Assembly (NCBI RefSeq): GCF_020745735.1
Contig: NC_083409.1
Span: forward strand, 18,620,341-18,684,340
DNA length: 64,000 nucleotides
Origin: Hemiscyllium ocellatum
Lineage: Eukaryota
Direction of reading: 5' to 3'
In this document: in pieces, positions 47,640-61,559 of the stretch
How positions within the stretch are numbered: the stretch's first letter is position 1
Layout: each line of letters opens with the position of its first letter
Notes under the pieces: generated by a model
The model's input: the letters and a program-made list of their open reading frames with translations, nothing else
What the model was told of the DNA's origin: nothing
Databases searched by the model: none
Position numbers and translations under genes: made by a program

Positions 47640-50600
47640 AATCACACAATCACAGAATTGTTACAGTGCACACGGAGGCCGTTCCGCCCATCCTGTCTGC
47701 ACCGGCTCTCTGAATGAGCAATTCACTGAGTGTCATTCTCCTGCTTTTTCCCTGTCACCCTGCACATTGTTCCTTTTCAAATAACATTCTCATTCCCTTC
47801 GGAATGTTTCAATTGAAGCTGCCTCCACCACACTCTCAGGCAGTGCATTCCACACCTTAACCACCCACTGGCTGAAAATGTTGTTCACTCATCTCACTTT
47901 TGCTTCTTTTACTAATTATTTTCAATCCATGGCCTCTCCCTCTCAATTCTTTCTCAGGTGGGAACATTTTCTCCTAGTTTACTCTGTTCAGACCCCTCCT
48001 GATTTTGAATTTCTCGTTCAAATCTCCTCTCTGCCTTCTTTTCTCTGAGGAAAACAGTCCCAACTTCTTCAGTCTATCTTCATAACTAATGTCCCTCATC
48101 CTCGATGGTCAGATAGCCCACTCCTGCTCCTATTTCTAATGTTCTTATTATCTTATGTTCCTATGCGAGAGACACACATCAGATTTCCACTTTACAATCT
48201 GTGGCTGTACCTTCCCAGTCTTATTCCCAAAACTCTGTGCAGTCCCATCCTTACACAGTGACCCTGATTTAGAATTTATTACTCTCTCTCCCTCCCTCTG
48301 AAACTGGGGAAGAAGTTCTATTCCTTATTCTGGTGCTATCTATCTCTCCCAGGATTCTGTGCACCTCTGTGTTCCTCTCTGGTATTAGCTCCTGGATCCC
48401 ATAGGCCAAGTTAGTTTAAACCCTCTCCAACAGCACGAGTAAATCACCCCAAAGGAACTCAGTCCCAGGTCTGTTCAGGAGCAACCCGTCTGGTCTGTAC
48501 ATGTCCATCTCCCCCCAAAGCCAGTCCCAATGTTAAAATAATTGAAAGACCTTCCTCCTGGACTGTCTTTTCAGTTCCACCGTCACCTGTGCTATCCTCC
48601 TCTTTCTATTCTCAGTTGTGTGTGGCACTAGGGATATTCCTATTTTTGAGCTCCTGCTGCGAATTCCCTCTGGAACTCCCTAAATTCTGAATGCAGGACT
48701 ACATCCCTTTTCTCCCTCTGTCACTGGGACCGATGTGGACCACAACTGCTGCCTGTTCCCCCTCTCCCCTCAGGGTGCTCTGCAGCAGCTCAGTGACATC
48801 CTTCACCCTGGCATCAGGGAGATAACACACCATCCTGGATTCCCATCTGCAGCTGCAAAAACACCTATCGATGCCCTCACTCTCGAATCTCCTCTCACTA
48901 TCGCTCTTCCAGTCTTCCTTGTGCCCCCCCTGGACAGCTGAGCCCCCCGTGGTGCCAGGGACTTGGCTCTGGCTGCACTCCCCAGATGAACCATCATTCT
49001 CATCAGGATTCCAAACTGAATCCTGGTTGGAGAGTGGGATGCACTCAGGGGACTTTGGGACTGTCTGCTGCTCCCCCATTCCCTCTCTCCCTGCATACTC
49101 TGAAGCTGCAGAGTGAGCACATTTAGAAACGTGCTCTCCACAGAGCTCTCAGAGTCACGGACGCTCCGCACTGATACCAGCTGCTGCTCAAGCTCCGAAA
49201 CCCGGAGTTCCAACTACTGTCACTGACCACACTTCCTGTACTCATGGTATTCCAGGAAGCAGGACAAGCAGTTCCCTCATGCAACCTGATGCTCACTCTC
49301 ACCACTCCCTGATTATCTTTTGTCAAAGTACTTTTGAGAAACAGCAACAGCAGGGCTCACAATCCAGTACTTTCAATGTCCATAGAATCACATAATTCCT
49401 ACAGTATGGAAACAGGCCATTTGGACCAACAAGTCCACACTGACCCCTCGAACAGTAACCTACCCAGACCCATTCCCCTACCTTTTTAACCTACATTTAC
49501 TCCTGACTTAAGTACCTAACCTATACTATGGGCAATTTAGCATGGCCAATTCACCGAACCTGCACAGCTTTGGACTGTGGGAGGAAACCAGAGCACCCGG
49601 AGGAAACCCACGCAGGCACAGGGAGAACATGCAAACTCCACACAGACAGACGCCCGAGGCTAGAATCAAACCTGGGACCATAGCGCTGTGAGGCAGCAGG
49701 GCTAACCACTAAGTGACCGTACTTCCAGTTTTCCAGGGTTTCAAGGAACCTCTACATAAACCCAAAATACTTAAGATATAGGAGCAGAATTGGGCCAGTC
49801 AGAAGAGAGTCTGCTCTGCCATTTGATCTTGTGTGATGTGTTTCTCAACCCCATTATCCCTTTAACTTTTGATCTCCTTACTGATCAAGAACCTATCTGT
49901 CTCTGTTTTAAATGCTTTCAACGTCTTGGCATCCATAGACCTCTGTGACAATGAATTCCGCAGATTCACCACCCGATGGCTGAAGAAATGCCTCCTTATC
50001 TCAGTTCTGACGGATCACTCTGAGGCTTTGCCTTCGGGCCGGAGTTTCTTCTATTCGTGGAAACACCTTCTCCATGTTCTCCAGGCCTCTCAATATTCTG
50101 TAGTTTCAATAAGATTCCCCCATCATCTTTCTAAACACAATTGCATACAGATCCAGAATCCTCGGGTAGTCCATCGGGTCTGAATGATTTATCCACCTTC
50201 AGACCTTTCAGCTGCCTCAACCCCTCCACCTTAGTGATGCCCTCTCCACTCACTTCTGCTCCCAACTCTCTTGAAGGTCAGGTGTACTGGCTGATATTTA
50301 AGCATCATGGTTAGCCACAGGTGAGGTGCCAGAACACTGGAGGATAGTGAAGACTATGCCATTATTCAAAAAGGGCTGAAAAACAAAAGCCTGCGAATTA
50401 TAAGCTTAACATTTATGGTGGGTAAGTTGTTTGATAAGATAAGATACACATGCATTTGGAAAGAGTGGATTTGATTAGGAGTTGTCAGCATGACTTTGTG
50501 AGTGGGAGAATATGCCTCACAAATTTGTTAAGGTACTTTGATGAATTTACCAGGAAGGTTGATGAGGGCAGGATGGTAGACGTGGTCTATATGGATTTCA

Positions 50601-53600
50601 GTGAGGCCTTTGATAAGGTTCCACATGGTAGGCTGTTATGGAAGGTTAGATTGCATGGAATCCAAGGTGACCTGGCAAATTGAATACACGATTGGCTTGA
50701 TGGTAGAAAGCACAGGGTAATAGGGGAAGAATCCTTATTGTACTGGAGGCCTGTGACTAGTGGAGTGCCTCAGTGGTCAGTGCTGAGCCCATTGCTGTTT
50801 GTTATCTATAACAATGTTTTGGATGAGAATGTACAAGGCATGGTTAGTGAGTTTGCTGATGGCACTCAAATAAGCAGCATCGTGGACAGTGCGGACAGTT
50901 ATCAGAAATTGCAGCAGGACCTTGCTCAGCTGGGGAAGTGGGCCGAGAAATGACAAATAGAGTTTAATACAGACAAATGTGAGGTCTTGTATTTTGGAAA
51001 TTTAAAGCAAGGTAGGAGTTTCATGGTGAATGATAGGACCTTAAGGAATATAGTGGAACAGAGGGTCCTTAGAATTCAGATAAGCAGTTCTCTGAAAATG
51101 GAGTCACAGTAAATAGAGCAGAGAAGAGAGCTTTTTCTGCAGTGCCCTTCATCAGTCAGAGTATTGACTACAGATGTTGGGAAGTTATGTTGCAGTTATG
51201 CAGGACACTGGTGAAGCCACACTTGGAATATTGTGTTCAGTTTTGGTCACCTTGTTCCAGGAAGGATGTTATTAAACTGGAAAGAGTGCAGAAGAAATTT
51301 GCAAGGATGTTGCCAGGATTCAATCGTTTGGGTTAAAGGGAGAGTACTTTTTTCTTTAGAGTGTAGGAGACTGAGGGAGGACCTCATAAGATCATGAGAG
51401 GCATGGATAGGGTGAATTCACTTGGTCCTTTCCCCAAGGTTTGCGAATATGAGCTAGAGCGCATCAGTTTAAGGTTAGAGGGGAAAGAATAAAAGGGAAC
51501 CTGAGGGGCAACCTTTTTACACATAGGATTGTTCGCATATGGAATGAGCTGCCAGTGGAAGTGGTTGAGGTGGGTACATTAATAACATTTAAAAGGCGTT
51601 TGGACAAATACAGCAAAGGAAAGGATTCAGAAGGATATGGGCCAAGTGCAGGATTAGCGTAAATGGACATTTTGGTTGGCATGGACCAGTTTGGTCCAAA
51701 TGGCCTGTCTCCATGCTGTAGGACTCTGTGACATTGTTATGGACCAGGCCAGACCCTTTGAAACATTTTAAGAATGCAGCCCAGACCTTACCTTTTCGAA
51801 TTGTGATAAGCAAATGTAACCTGGATATTCCAGGAATGATACAACTGGCCAAACCACTCAGCTTGAAGGAAAAGAGAATTTATTTACAATCAAAAGAAAA
51901 CAGAATTTAGAATAACTTAACTATTTGAAAATCCAACTGACAAAAAAAATGTAACTTGACAAAGAGTTGTTCCAATTTGCTGTAATAGCCTTGGCAAAAA
52001 GGTAAATATAAACACAGGGGTTCTTACAGGGGAGGAATTTCAGACAGTTGAGTCCACTGGAAAATGTTGAATTGGGGAACCTTTCTCACCAGCAGCTTTC
52101 TTTATCCAGGAGCTTCCAACCGACTGTTTGTCAAAAACAGCAAACTGGAAGAACTGGCCATTCTCCTTTTATTGGACAAGTGTTTAATATAAAACCTAAA
52201 AGCCTTTTCCCTGACTGTTGCCTTAGGCAGTATCTGTTAGCCATGAGCAAAGTCCCTAACCCAGACAAATTGGAACCTCTGCCTTTACAACCCCTCTTGA
52301 AAAAAAAATCCAAGGACAACTCAAACTTGTGAAATGAGCAGCATTGCCACACCACTGTGAAAGCTGATTTAAGGCACCGATGCAGTTTTTCCACCATTTC
52401 TTTGTTCCCCATTACTACTTCTGCCTTTTCCAGTGGTACAATTTCTATTATTGACTCCCTCTTGCCTTTCATATATCTAAAGAAAACCTCTTGCAATATT
52501 CTTTTATGTTACTAACTCGCTGACCCTTGTATTTTATTTACACACCCATCCTTACTTTTTTTAGTTACTCTCTGCTGTTTTGTAAAGGCTTCCCAATCCT
52601 CTGGCTTCCCAATAATCTTCACCACATTGCATGTTTTTTCTTTTGCTTTTATGCTGACCCTGACTTCCCTCATCAGCCATGGTTGCCTTGGCCTCCACTC
52701 AGTACCTGTCTTCTTCCTTGGGTTGAATTCCTGCTCTGCCTCCCAAATTACCCCCAGAAACTCCTACCATTGCTGCTCCATTCTCTCTTATGCTCAGCTT
52801 CCTTTCTTACCAACTCTGGCCAGCTCCTCCCTCATGTCTTTGTAGTTACCTTAAGTTAATTGCATTACCGGTACAACTGACTCCAGATTCCCTGTCACAA
52901 ACTGCAGGGTGAATTCTGTCATATTACGGTCAATGCCCCCAAGGGATTCCTTCACCCTAAGTTCCCTAATCAGGTCTGCTTCAATACACATCACCCAATC
53001 CAGAATTGCCTGTTCCATAGTGATCTCTACCACAAGCTGCTCTAAAAACCATGTCGTAAACATTCCATTAATTCCTACCCTTGAGATCCCCAAACAACTT
53101 AATTTTCTAGTCTCCCTGCATATTGAAGTCCCTCATGACTATTATAGCAGGGCCTTCTCTATCACCTGATTTATTTTCTTCCTCATATCCTGACTGCTGC
53201 TGGGGGGTCCTGTGCTAAGTTCTCATCATGCTCTTTCTCCCTTGCAACTCCTCACCTCTACCCACACAGATTGAATGCATTCCAACTCTAAATCCCTTCT
53301 TGTGATTGATCTCATTTCATTTCTTACCAAGACGGTAACCCCATCCCATCTGCCCATCAGCATGTCCTGTCAATCGGATGTGCATCCTTGAGTATTTCAT
53401 TCCCAGTCCTCAACCCCTTACAGCCAGGTCTCTGTGATACTCAAAACATCAAACCGTGCCAATTCCAATCTGTGTTACAAGCTCATTTACCTCATTTCGG
53501 ATACTCCCTGCATTCAGGTACAACACCCTCAGTCCTGCATTGACTACCCTCCTTTTCATAGTTGTCCCCTTATGCACTGTGCCTAAAATTAATTTTCGGA

Positions 53601-53700
53601 CCCTTTCCATAATCTATGTCCTATTAATTATTCTGGAAACTTTACTAACCTCTCCTGAGCCCTGCGTCACTTTAATGATTTTAAAGTCCTTGGGAACCTC
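47640..53700. mobile_element. CR1 LINE fragments of the cluster 2 J-C intron (47640-49380 -, 49770-50150 -, 50290-51730 +, 52330-53700 -) with an HE1 SINE at 49381-49718 (-)
   Basis: ORF1 esterase motif, YMDFSEAFDKVPHG, SEFADGT, LEYCVQFW; SINE V-domain. Confidence 0.8.
51735..52333 (-). mobile_element. Possible solo LTR
   Basis: Non-CR1 block starting TGTTATGG and ending near CTTGTGA; no convincing TSD found. Confidence 0.3.
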
Positions 53701-55156
53701 AATTTGTGGCATCACTCTGTCTACCTTATTCCGAATGCGTTATCATACAAAGACTTTAGGTTATTTCTACAGTCTGTATTGCCTTGTTACAATATGACAT
53801 TCACAAATTCTGATCCTTCCTTTTATTTTCTGGTAACAATCAAACTCATCACTAACCACGACTCCCACCTTCGCCTGTGCCTTTCATTTTCTCACGTTTT
53901 GTGCAACTGAACCCATTTGCTTTCTCTTTGGGTTGACGTCAGGTCAATATTTATCCCTGAAATATCACTGAACATGCTTCATAATCTCATTTATGTTTGT
54001 GCGATATTGCTGTGTACGAATTGTGTTTTCTGCATTACAACAGTGATCAGTGTCCAGACAAGTCCCTCACTCTCCGTAAATGCTTTGGGAGAGCCTGACA
54101 TACAAGTCTCTCTTTTGATGCACTCGGAGCCTTTCAGATATCAGAGATGCCATTCCGTGGCTCTATTAGACAGACAGCAGGACGGTGTCTCCTGGTGTCC
54201 TGGTCAATATTGATTCCCTAATGAGCATCACTGAAAATCTGATCCTCGCCTCATTGTCACCCAGCTCTCTGGGATCTTGCTGAGCACAGTCTGATGGAAA
54301 GAGCCACTGCAACATCCTTAGGTGGAGGCAGGTGCAACATAAATGCAAGTCTTTCTTTGAGGTTGGAGTCTCCTGAACATGACCCTTGCCCGTTGGATGC
54401 ACGCTTCCATCTTCCAGGGAACATGGGATCATTAAGAGCAGTGTCACTGTCTGATCCCAGGACACTGAGACTCTTTGCACCCTCACATTTGACCTTACCC
54501 CAGTGCTGAGCTGGAAGATTTGAAACAAAATCTGGAACCTTCTACATGGACACCCAACGTGACTCCTTCCTGAAGTGTGCTGATCCAACTCTGCTCCAAT
54601 GTTGTTGGATAAAGTTCTCCCGAGCTGTGAGTGATCGGAGGTTTGTTAAAGAGGTGTCGAACTCCACCCCACATACCAGCTCTTGCTCCATAGCTCTGGA
54701 GGCTTTGGTGTTTCAAGTGAATATCCAGGTGTTTTTTTCAATGTGATGAGGGTTTCTGCCGCTCTCACCCTTTCAGACAGTGAGGTCCTGATCCCACCAG
54801 CCACTGGGTGAAACAATTACTCCTCAACTCCCCTCAAACCCTGCCCCCAATTCATTTCCATCTCTCCCCATGGTTATTGCCCTCTGTGCTGATGGAAATC
54901 AGTCCTTCCTACCCACTCTATCCAGACCCCTCATCATTTTACACACCATCGATCAAATCTCCCCTCAGCCTCCTGTGTTCCAAAGAAACCAGTCCCAGCC
55001 AATCCAATCATTCCTCAAAGCTAATACTCCTCATTCCTGACAAAACCCTCCACTGTCCCCATCTCTAGGGGAATCACATCCTTCCTGCAATGTGGTGACC
55101 AGAACTGCACACAGTTCTCTCACTGTGCTCTAACGGGGCTTCATTTGAGGTCAGAA

Positions 55157-55320
55157 GTCACACGACACCAGGTTATAGTCCAACAGGCTTATTTCAAATC
55201 ACAAGCTTTCAGAGCTCTGTTCCTTCAGCACTGAAGTCGCTTCACCTGAAGATGGAGCAGCGTTTCACAAGCTCGTGATTTTAAATAAACCTGTTGGACT
55301 GTAACCTGGTGTCATGTGAC
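55157..55320. mobile_element. Palindromic Penelope-terminal mini-element (second subfamily)
   Basis: GTCACACGACACCAGGTTATAGTCCAACAGG versus CCTGTTGGACTGTAACCTGGTGTCATGTGAC. Confidence 0.8.
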
Positions 55321-55949
55321 TCCTGAACATGTCCACTCCAGTCGGACACCAGAGCCTCCACATCATATCGATAGTTTCACATCTTTGCTGAGACTCTCTC
55401 TTTGGGAGTGTCACTCTTACTCTTTTGGGAAAAGATTCTGAATGATCTCTGTGCCTGTCTCATCCTTGGAGACCTCCCACTGCCCTGTCACTGATCTCCC
55501 ATCAAGGCGATGGTTCCAGTACTCTTTTATCAAATTACCACACAGTTTGGTAAAATGGATTGTTCCAAAATCAAAACTTTTACACTTGCTCCACGGTTCT
55601 CCATTTCCATCCCTATTCTCAATCTCACTGAGTTCCGATCACTGTCACTAAAATGCTCCCACATTGATAGCCCTTCCAGCTGCCCACATTCATTCCTCAA
55701 ATGGTGGTCCAGGACTGTCCCTTATCATTCTGCTGCGTCACCATCACCTTCTCAGAGACAGTTAGGGATGGGCAGCGACTGGCTCTGCCAGTGCCGTACA
55801 CGTCCCAAAAAGCAATTTTTAAAATGCCAGTGCTTTGTCAGGTCTGCTAGGTACTGGGTACAAATGTTCAAATGTTTTACCAGTTACTGTTCAGAGAGTT
55901 TATGTACCTTCAAAAGGCAGGGATTAAAATTGTTTCTCTTGTCTTTCAG

Positions 55950-56278
55950 TCCGTGACAACTCTCAGCCCAAGCTGACCCTGCTGCCCCCCTCCCCGGAGC
56001 AGATCAATGCCAAGGGCACTGCCATCCTGGTGTGCCTTGCCAATCACTTCTATCCCGATGAGCTGGAGGTGCAGTGGAAGAAGGACGGTGCAGTCATTTC
56101 GGACGGGGTTCAGACCAGCAACTACCTGCGAGCTTCGGACAGCACCTACAGTGTCAGCAGCCTGCTGACCCTCTCTAGGTCTGACTGGGAGTCCAACGCT
56201 CGCTTCTCCTGTGCCCTCACCCACGTGACCCTCCCCTCTCCCCTCAGCAAGGGCATCAGGAGATCAGAATGTGTGTAG
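55950..56278 (+). CDS. IGKC: Ig kappa constant exon, cluster 2 (329 nt)
   Basis: Same acceptor as cluster 1. (I)RDNSQPKLTLLPPSPEQINAKGTAILVCLANHFYPDELEVQWKKDG...ARFSCALTHVTLPSPLSKGIRRSECV*. Confidence 0.97.
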
Positions 56279-56806
56279 AGTGTTTGAGACAGTCCACAGA
56301 GGAGACACAACTTCAAATAGAACAGGGCTGAGCTGATAGGTCAAAGGTCATTGTCAGCACTGAATTTCAACTCTCTTCCTTCTCAGGACTGGCTTGGAGA
56401 TACTTCTGAGCTTCAGGGGTTAAGGCTGGTCGTTGGGATAGTGTAGAGAAAACTTTACTCTTTATCTAGTCCCATGCTTTCCCTGACCTGGATGTGTTTG
56501 ATGGGGACAGTGTTAACTTGCGATGTGAAGTAAAACCTCTCCGAAGATGCTAAAGACTGTCAGCTGTGCAAAAACAATGTGAACCTCAAAAGTCTCTGTT
56601 TCAGTAAAACAGACCTCCTTTCTGCTCAGCCGCCAGTTCCAATTTAAGGTTTTGTCACTGTTTAAAGGGACAGGATTCTCATGTTATTGAGAAAATCTCC
56701 ACAAGTGTTTTCCTCAAGCTCCATTGTGGCTGTGAATTTGTGCAGCTTCCTCTGTCTGGGCTGTTAATTGCAGTCTGTTTTCTGTCAATGTCAATCTGGA
56801 AAAGGG

Positions 56807-56812
56807 AATAAA
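56807..56812 (+). terminator. PolyA signal of kappa cluster 2
   Basis: AATAAA followed by TCTCTGTCTCGTGTGTGCTTTG; position conserved with cluster 1. Confidence 0.75.
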
Positions 56813-56952
56813 GATGAAGAAGATTCAGTCTCTGTCTCGTGTGTGCTTTGGGAATGGCCAGAGCTGAAGCCTCAGGGATAGGTGTACGAAGTGAAAAGCT
56901 CCACCCCACCCCCAGGTATGGAGCAGGAAGGGGAGAATAGAGGGGGCAATGG

Positions 56953-57453
56953 GGAACACAATAATCTGATGGGAATTCCCCTGAACACCAACACATCCTT
57001 TCAGCACAGCAAGATCCCGAGCCAAGCAGTTCAGTTCGCATTTTATTGATCAATTTGACCAGCAGGATCTTACTACCCAGAATAACAATCCCACAGGGTT
57101 TGCAAAGTAAATATTCCATACAGCATTTGATTTGTATTTGGAGAGAATGTGCAAAATCCACATAGATATTCTCCTGAGGCAGGGATCGAACGCAGATCCC
57201 TGGCACTATGAAGCCGCAGTGCTAACCACTGAGCCACCTTGTCACCCACTATACTAACTTGATCCATCCCTGGAACAAAATATTCTGATGGCAATTCCCC
57301 CTCCACACCAACCCATCCATCAGGGACAGCAAGATCCTGAGCCAAGCAATTCAGATCAGGGTCACTGGGGACACTCTATTGATCAATATGATCAGCAGAA
57401 TCTTGGAACTCAAAATAACAATTCCACAGGGTTTGGGTAATAAATATTCCATA
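56953..57453 (+). repeat. Degenerate direct repeat (56953-57120 and 57272-57453, period ~319) separated by a partial HE1 SINE (57140-57247, -)
   Basis: Both copies read GGAACA.AATA.TCTGATGG.AATTCCCC...CAGCAAGATCC.GAGCCAAGCA...AATATTCCATA. Confidence 0.8.
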
Positions 57454-58510
57454 AATTAGACCTGGGTTTTCTTTACTCTTCAAATGAGATGGAATTGCCC
57501 CGTGTGTCCCTGGAGTCAGATTGAGAATGTTCAGTCTGGGAGTCATGGCTGGGCGGGGTACAGTCAATGATAAACTGGTTCCACTTTCTGCTGTCATATT
57601 CTGTAGCCCCTGGACCATCTCAGTGACAACCATCCAGGGCTCAGGGTGGATTCCAGAGCAGCTCATTGTCCTGACTGTTGTGTTCCTCAGTCCACACGTG
57701 GCTCCAGCAATCTCACTCCATGGTTCTCGTATCAGTGGGAACCATGGGGCTGAAATCTTATCCAAACAGAATCTCACACAGCAAGGAGGCTGCTGGTGGA
57801 TCAGAAACCCCTTGGATTCAGTCCCAGATTCCACTGTGGCTCTTTCATCAAACACAATATTAGCACACTGACACCACATTCAGAGGGCAATCCTGAGATG
57901 GGGCAAGTTTGGTTCTTGATTCCAATGTGAGGAAATGGGGGCTGGGTGTGAAATGTCTAGTCTGAAACTGGTGGGGGTACTTTATAATGAAGAATAGAAA
58001 CTGATTTCAGGATAAAGTCAGGTGTTGATGGGAGTGAGGAACATCTCAGTGATCTGTCTCCAGAATCCACAGCCTACACACATCCTTCTGTCAGACCCTG
58101 AAGTCTGAGAAAGCAGCTCATCGACATCCAATATTTCTCCAACCTTCCCAGAAAAGGTGAAATATTCTCTGTCTGAGTGATTCCCTGGGCAGGGCATTTT
58201 AAAAAGGGCTGTGGGAAAGGAACCATTGGCTCTCAATGACAAAGCCAATGGAAGGATGTGGAGCTGACACTGTGAAACGTAAGGGCGCAGAGGATGACAC
58301 AAGAAGCAATTCAATGTTGTCACTCTCTCCTTTGGTAATAATTGGTTTTCCCTCATAATGTGCTCTCTTGTATTTGATCCACCTGTCTTTCTTGCTTTGC
58401 TTCTTTTGACTTGAGTCTGTGGGTAGTTCCATCAAAACCCAATCTCCTCACACTCATCCTGGCCCCTGAAGAGATTGGTTAGAGAAGACTGAATTACAGC
58501 AAGTGACACA

Positions 58511-58745
58511 GATTAGATTAGACTTACAGTGTGGAAACATTCGGCCCAACAAGTCCACACCGACCCGCCGAAGCGCAACCCACCCACACCCCCACATTTA
58601 CCCCTTACCTAACACTACGGGCAATTTACCAATTCACCTGACCCGCACATCTTTGGACTGTGGGAGGAAACCGGAGCACCCGGAGGAAACCCACGCAGAC
58701 ACGGGGAGAACGTGCAAACTCCACACAGTCAGTCGCCTGAGTCGG
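58511..58745 (-). mobile_element. HE1-type V-SINE, young-looking
   Basis: (GATTA)n tail and intact V-domain ACTGTGGGAGGAAACCGGAGCACCCGGAGGAAACCCACGCAGACACGGGGAGAACGTGCAAACTCCACACA. Confidence 0.85.
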
Positions 58746-61559
58746 GAAGATAAGATATTTCTTATCTTACCACATTGAATCAAACCATTGAGCCCATTAA
58801 TCTTCAAAACAGATTCCAGCATTAAAGTCACATTTGTTGGTTATAAAAGTAACGTATTTCTCAGGCTGAAAGAAGGAAGCTTCAGACTGAGAAATGATCT
58901 AACTTAACCCTGATCCTGAGCATTGGCAAGTAGAACTAGATTGCGTTGGGATATCTGGTCAGCGTGGACAAGTTGAACCGAAGGTTCTGTCTCTGTGCTG
59001 TCTCTATGACTCTAATAGCACGACAGAACAAAGTGATATCAATTAGCACCAGAATAAATACAGGGCAGCCTATATCCTGCAGTTGGCACTCAGTGCAGCT
59101 GGCACAGAGGGGGATGCTGGGAAGTTTGGTCAATGTGGGAGTTCAGTGAACTGACTGTCACTTCAGCTGATGGGAGCCTGCACATGCACTTGGTTTGAAA
59201 ATAGCAAAATAATAAACAAGGGGATAGGAGTCTGTTGACCAGATCAGCTGGGAAGAGCTTTGTGTAAGGAACCATATAAATAGTATGCTTAGGAAACCTC
59301 AAATAGGGAAATCCTAGAAATGAAAAGTAGTGAAACATTGATCCAGAGACTGAGGACAATTACTAGTTTCATGAAAGAATTGATTTCTTTCATTTGTAAG
59401 TGGGATCAGCATTTGTTCATTAAACTGAAATGATTCAGGGTAAATACATCTGTAGTGACTGTATAAATCTACAGCAACTCCCACTCAGGGGGTTTGGATT
59501 GGAAGCTGAGTTGTAAGAATCCTGATACATCAGGGAGGGTCAGAGCTACCTGGAGACTTTGTTCCAGATGGAAGGTGTAAGCCTCAGGACTGGGCAGTCC
59601 AATTCCATGTTAGTAAGGGGCAGGAGGGTATGACCCAAGAGGGGGTCAGATAAGGGTTTGGAGAATACAGTGGGACAGGAAAACCCCCCACTCTTTGAAA
59701 CTCCAGTGAGATCAAGGCCAGCCTTTCCGATCCTTCCTCACCACACAGCCCCCTCATACTCAGTCAGATAAAACTCCTCTGAAACACTTCCAATGGATTT
59801 ATATTCTTTCTGCAATTAGGAGACCAAAAGTTCATACAAACCTTGAGATGTCCAGGAGGAACTGAACCATCACACTCTCACTTTCAGATCCCTAATCACA
59901 CCTGCTCTTACTTTGCACCAGCCTTGTTACTGTCCATCTCTCATTGTCATGTACACAGTGGCGCTGAGCTGCTTTCTCGAACTGTTACAGTCTGTGTGCT
60001 GTAGGTAGACCCACAATGTGCGGAGGAAGGAAATTCCATGAGCCTGACCCAATAACAATGTAGGAACAGCGATATATTTCAATGAGGGGAACTTGCAAAG
60101 AGTGGTGTTCCTGTGTATCTGCTACCATGTCCTTCTTGATGGACGTGGTCATGGGTTTGGAAGGTGCTCTCTCAGGATCTTTGCTGAACCTCTGCAATGT
60201 ATCTTGTAGATAGTGCTCACAGCTGTTACTGAGGGTCAGTGTGGAGGCAATGTCGATGTGGTGCCAATCAAGCCGGCTGAAATTTGATAAACAAGATTTA
60301 AATAAAATAAAATAACATAAAACAGGTTAAAATGAAATAAAATCATCAAAAACTGTGGCTTCTTTTTGATAAAACATCACTGAATCCAAAACATTATTAC
60401 CTCCTCTCTCTAATGTGGCTGCACCTGTTCCCTTTCTCCAGCATCTTGTTTTATTTGAGATTTGCTGTATTTTACTCTTGTATCTGTTTTAATACCATTG
60501 GTTATAAGAGAAGCATTGGTCAGCACAGTGGGGAGAGTTTCCGTGAGATGGTCACAAAGCCCTTATATTCACGTCGACCTGAGAGGGCAGTGGTTTAACC
60601 GATCATCCAGCAGATGGCATCTTTACCTTTGCCAGCCTCAGGATAGTTCTCCAGTGTCTGGAGTGGGGCTTGAAACCTGCAGGTTCAGGTGACGGTGTTA
60701 CCACTGAGGCCGTCTATTCTTTCCTGGGATGTGGGAGTCACTGACAAGACCAGCATTTGTTCCCCATCCCTAACTGCCCTGAAACTGAGTGGCTTGCTCG
60801 GCCTTTCAAACGGCAGGTAAGGGTCAGCCACATTGCTGGAGTCCTGGCAGAGTCAGACATCTACAACAGGTCTACAAGAACAAGGCCCTTCGGCCCAATG
60901 AGCCAAAGCCAGTCAAAACAACCATCTCACTATTCTAATTCCATGTTCCAGCAGTTGGCCCGCAGCCCTGTAAACCTTGGCATCACAGCTGCACATCAAA
61001 GTACATCAATGTTATGGGAGAGCTTCTGCCTCAACTACCCTTACAGAAAGCAAGTTACAAATTACCACCACCTTCTGCATGAAAGCGTGTTTCCTCACAT
61101 TCCCTCTTAATCTTCTGCCATTTCCATTAAATCTATGCCCGCGGTCATTGATCATGAAATAACTCCACATCATCAAGTCACCCTTTATTTACACATCAAC
61201 CATCCTCGACTGTAATGTCTCATATAGAGTTAGGCACCAGAGGCACAGGGTCCCTAACACCCAACCTGTTTGATGTCAGTAAGTCATCTCCCTGTTATAT
61301 CCTTGTAAAGATTCGAGCTTTTCTTGTGAAACTCCTTTGGGATTTTTTCATGGCACAGAGTCTTCCACACACTCCCATCTCTCTTGATGCTCACCCTTGT
61401 CTGGTTAATTCTTCCCATTTCCTTCTCTTCTTTCAGTTCATTCCATTTCAGAAAGTCTGTGATATTTCCACGGATGATGTGTACTTGAAACCGCCATAGA
61501 GAAGCTCCTGTGAAGAAGCACTTCAATAGAAGGAAGGCTGATATTTGCAGGAAGCCTGG

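Larger units (their letters stand above)
40120..56915 (+). repeat. Right arm of the inverted segmental duplication
   Basis: Mirror of 4985-24335; each arm also has private TE insertions. Confidence 0.9.

Noticed and set aside
40120-56915. Assembly artefact or allelic duplication of one cluster
   Set aside because: The arms differ by ~10% or more outside the V cassette and carry private TE insertions with TSDs; long-read confirmation is still advisable.
57376-57879. 167 aa minus-strand ORF with a vague Ig C-like look (SCSGIHPEP...LNILNL)
   Set aside because: It lacks the conserved Trp and second Cys, has no clear splice sites, and its end runs into the direct repeat; a BLASTx or HMM search would settle it.
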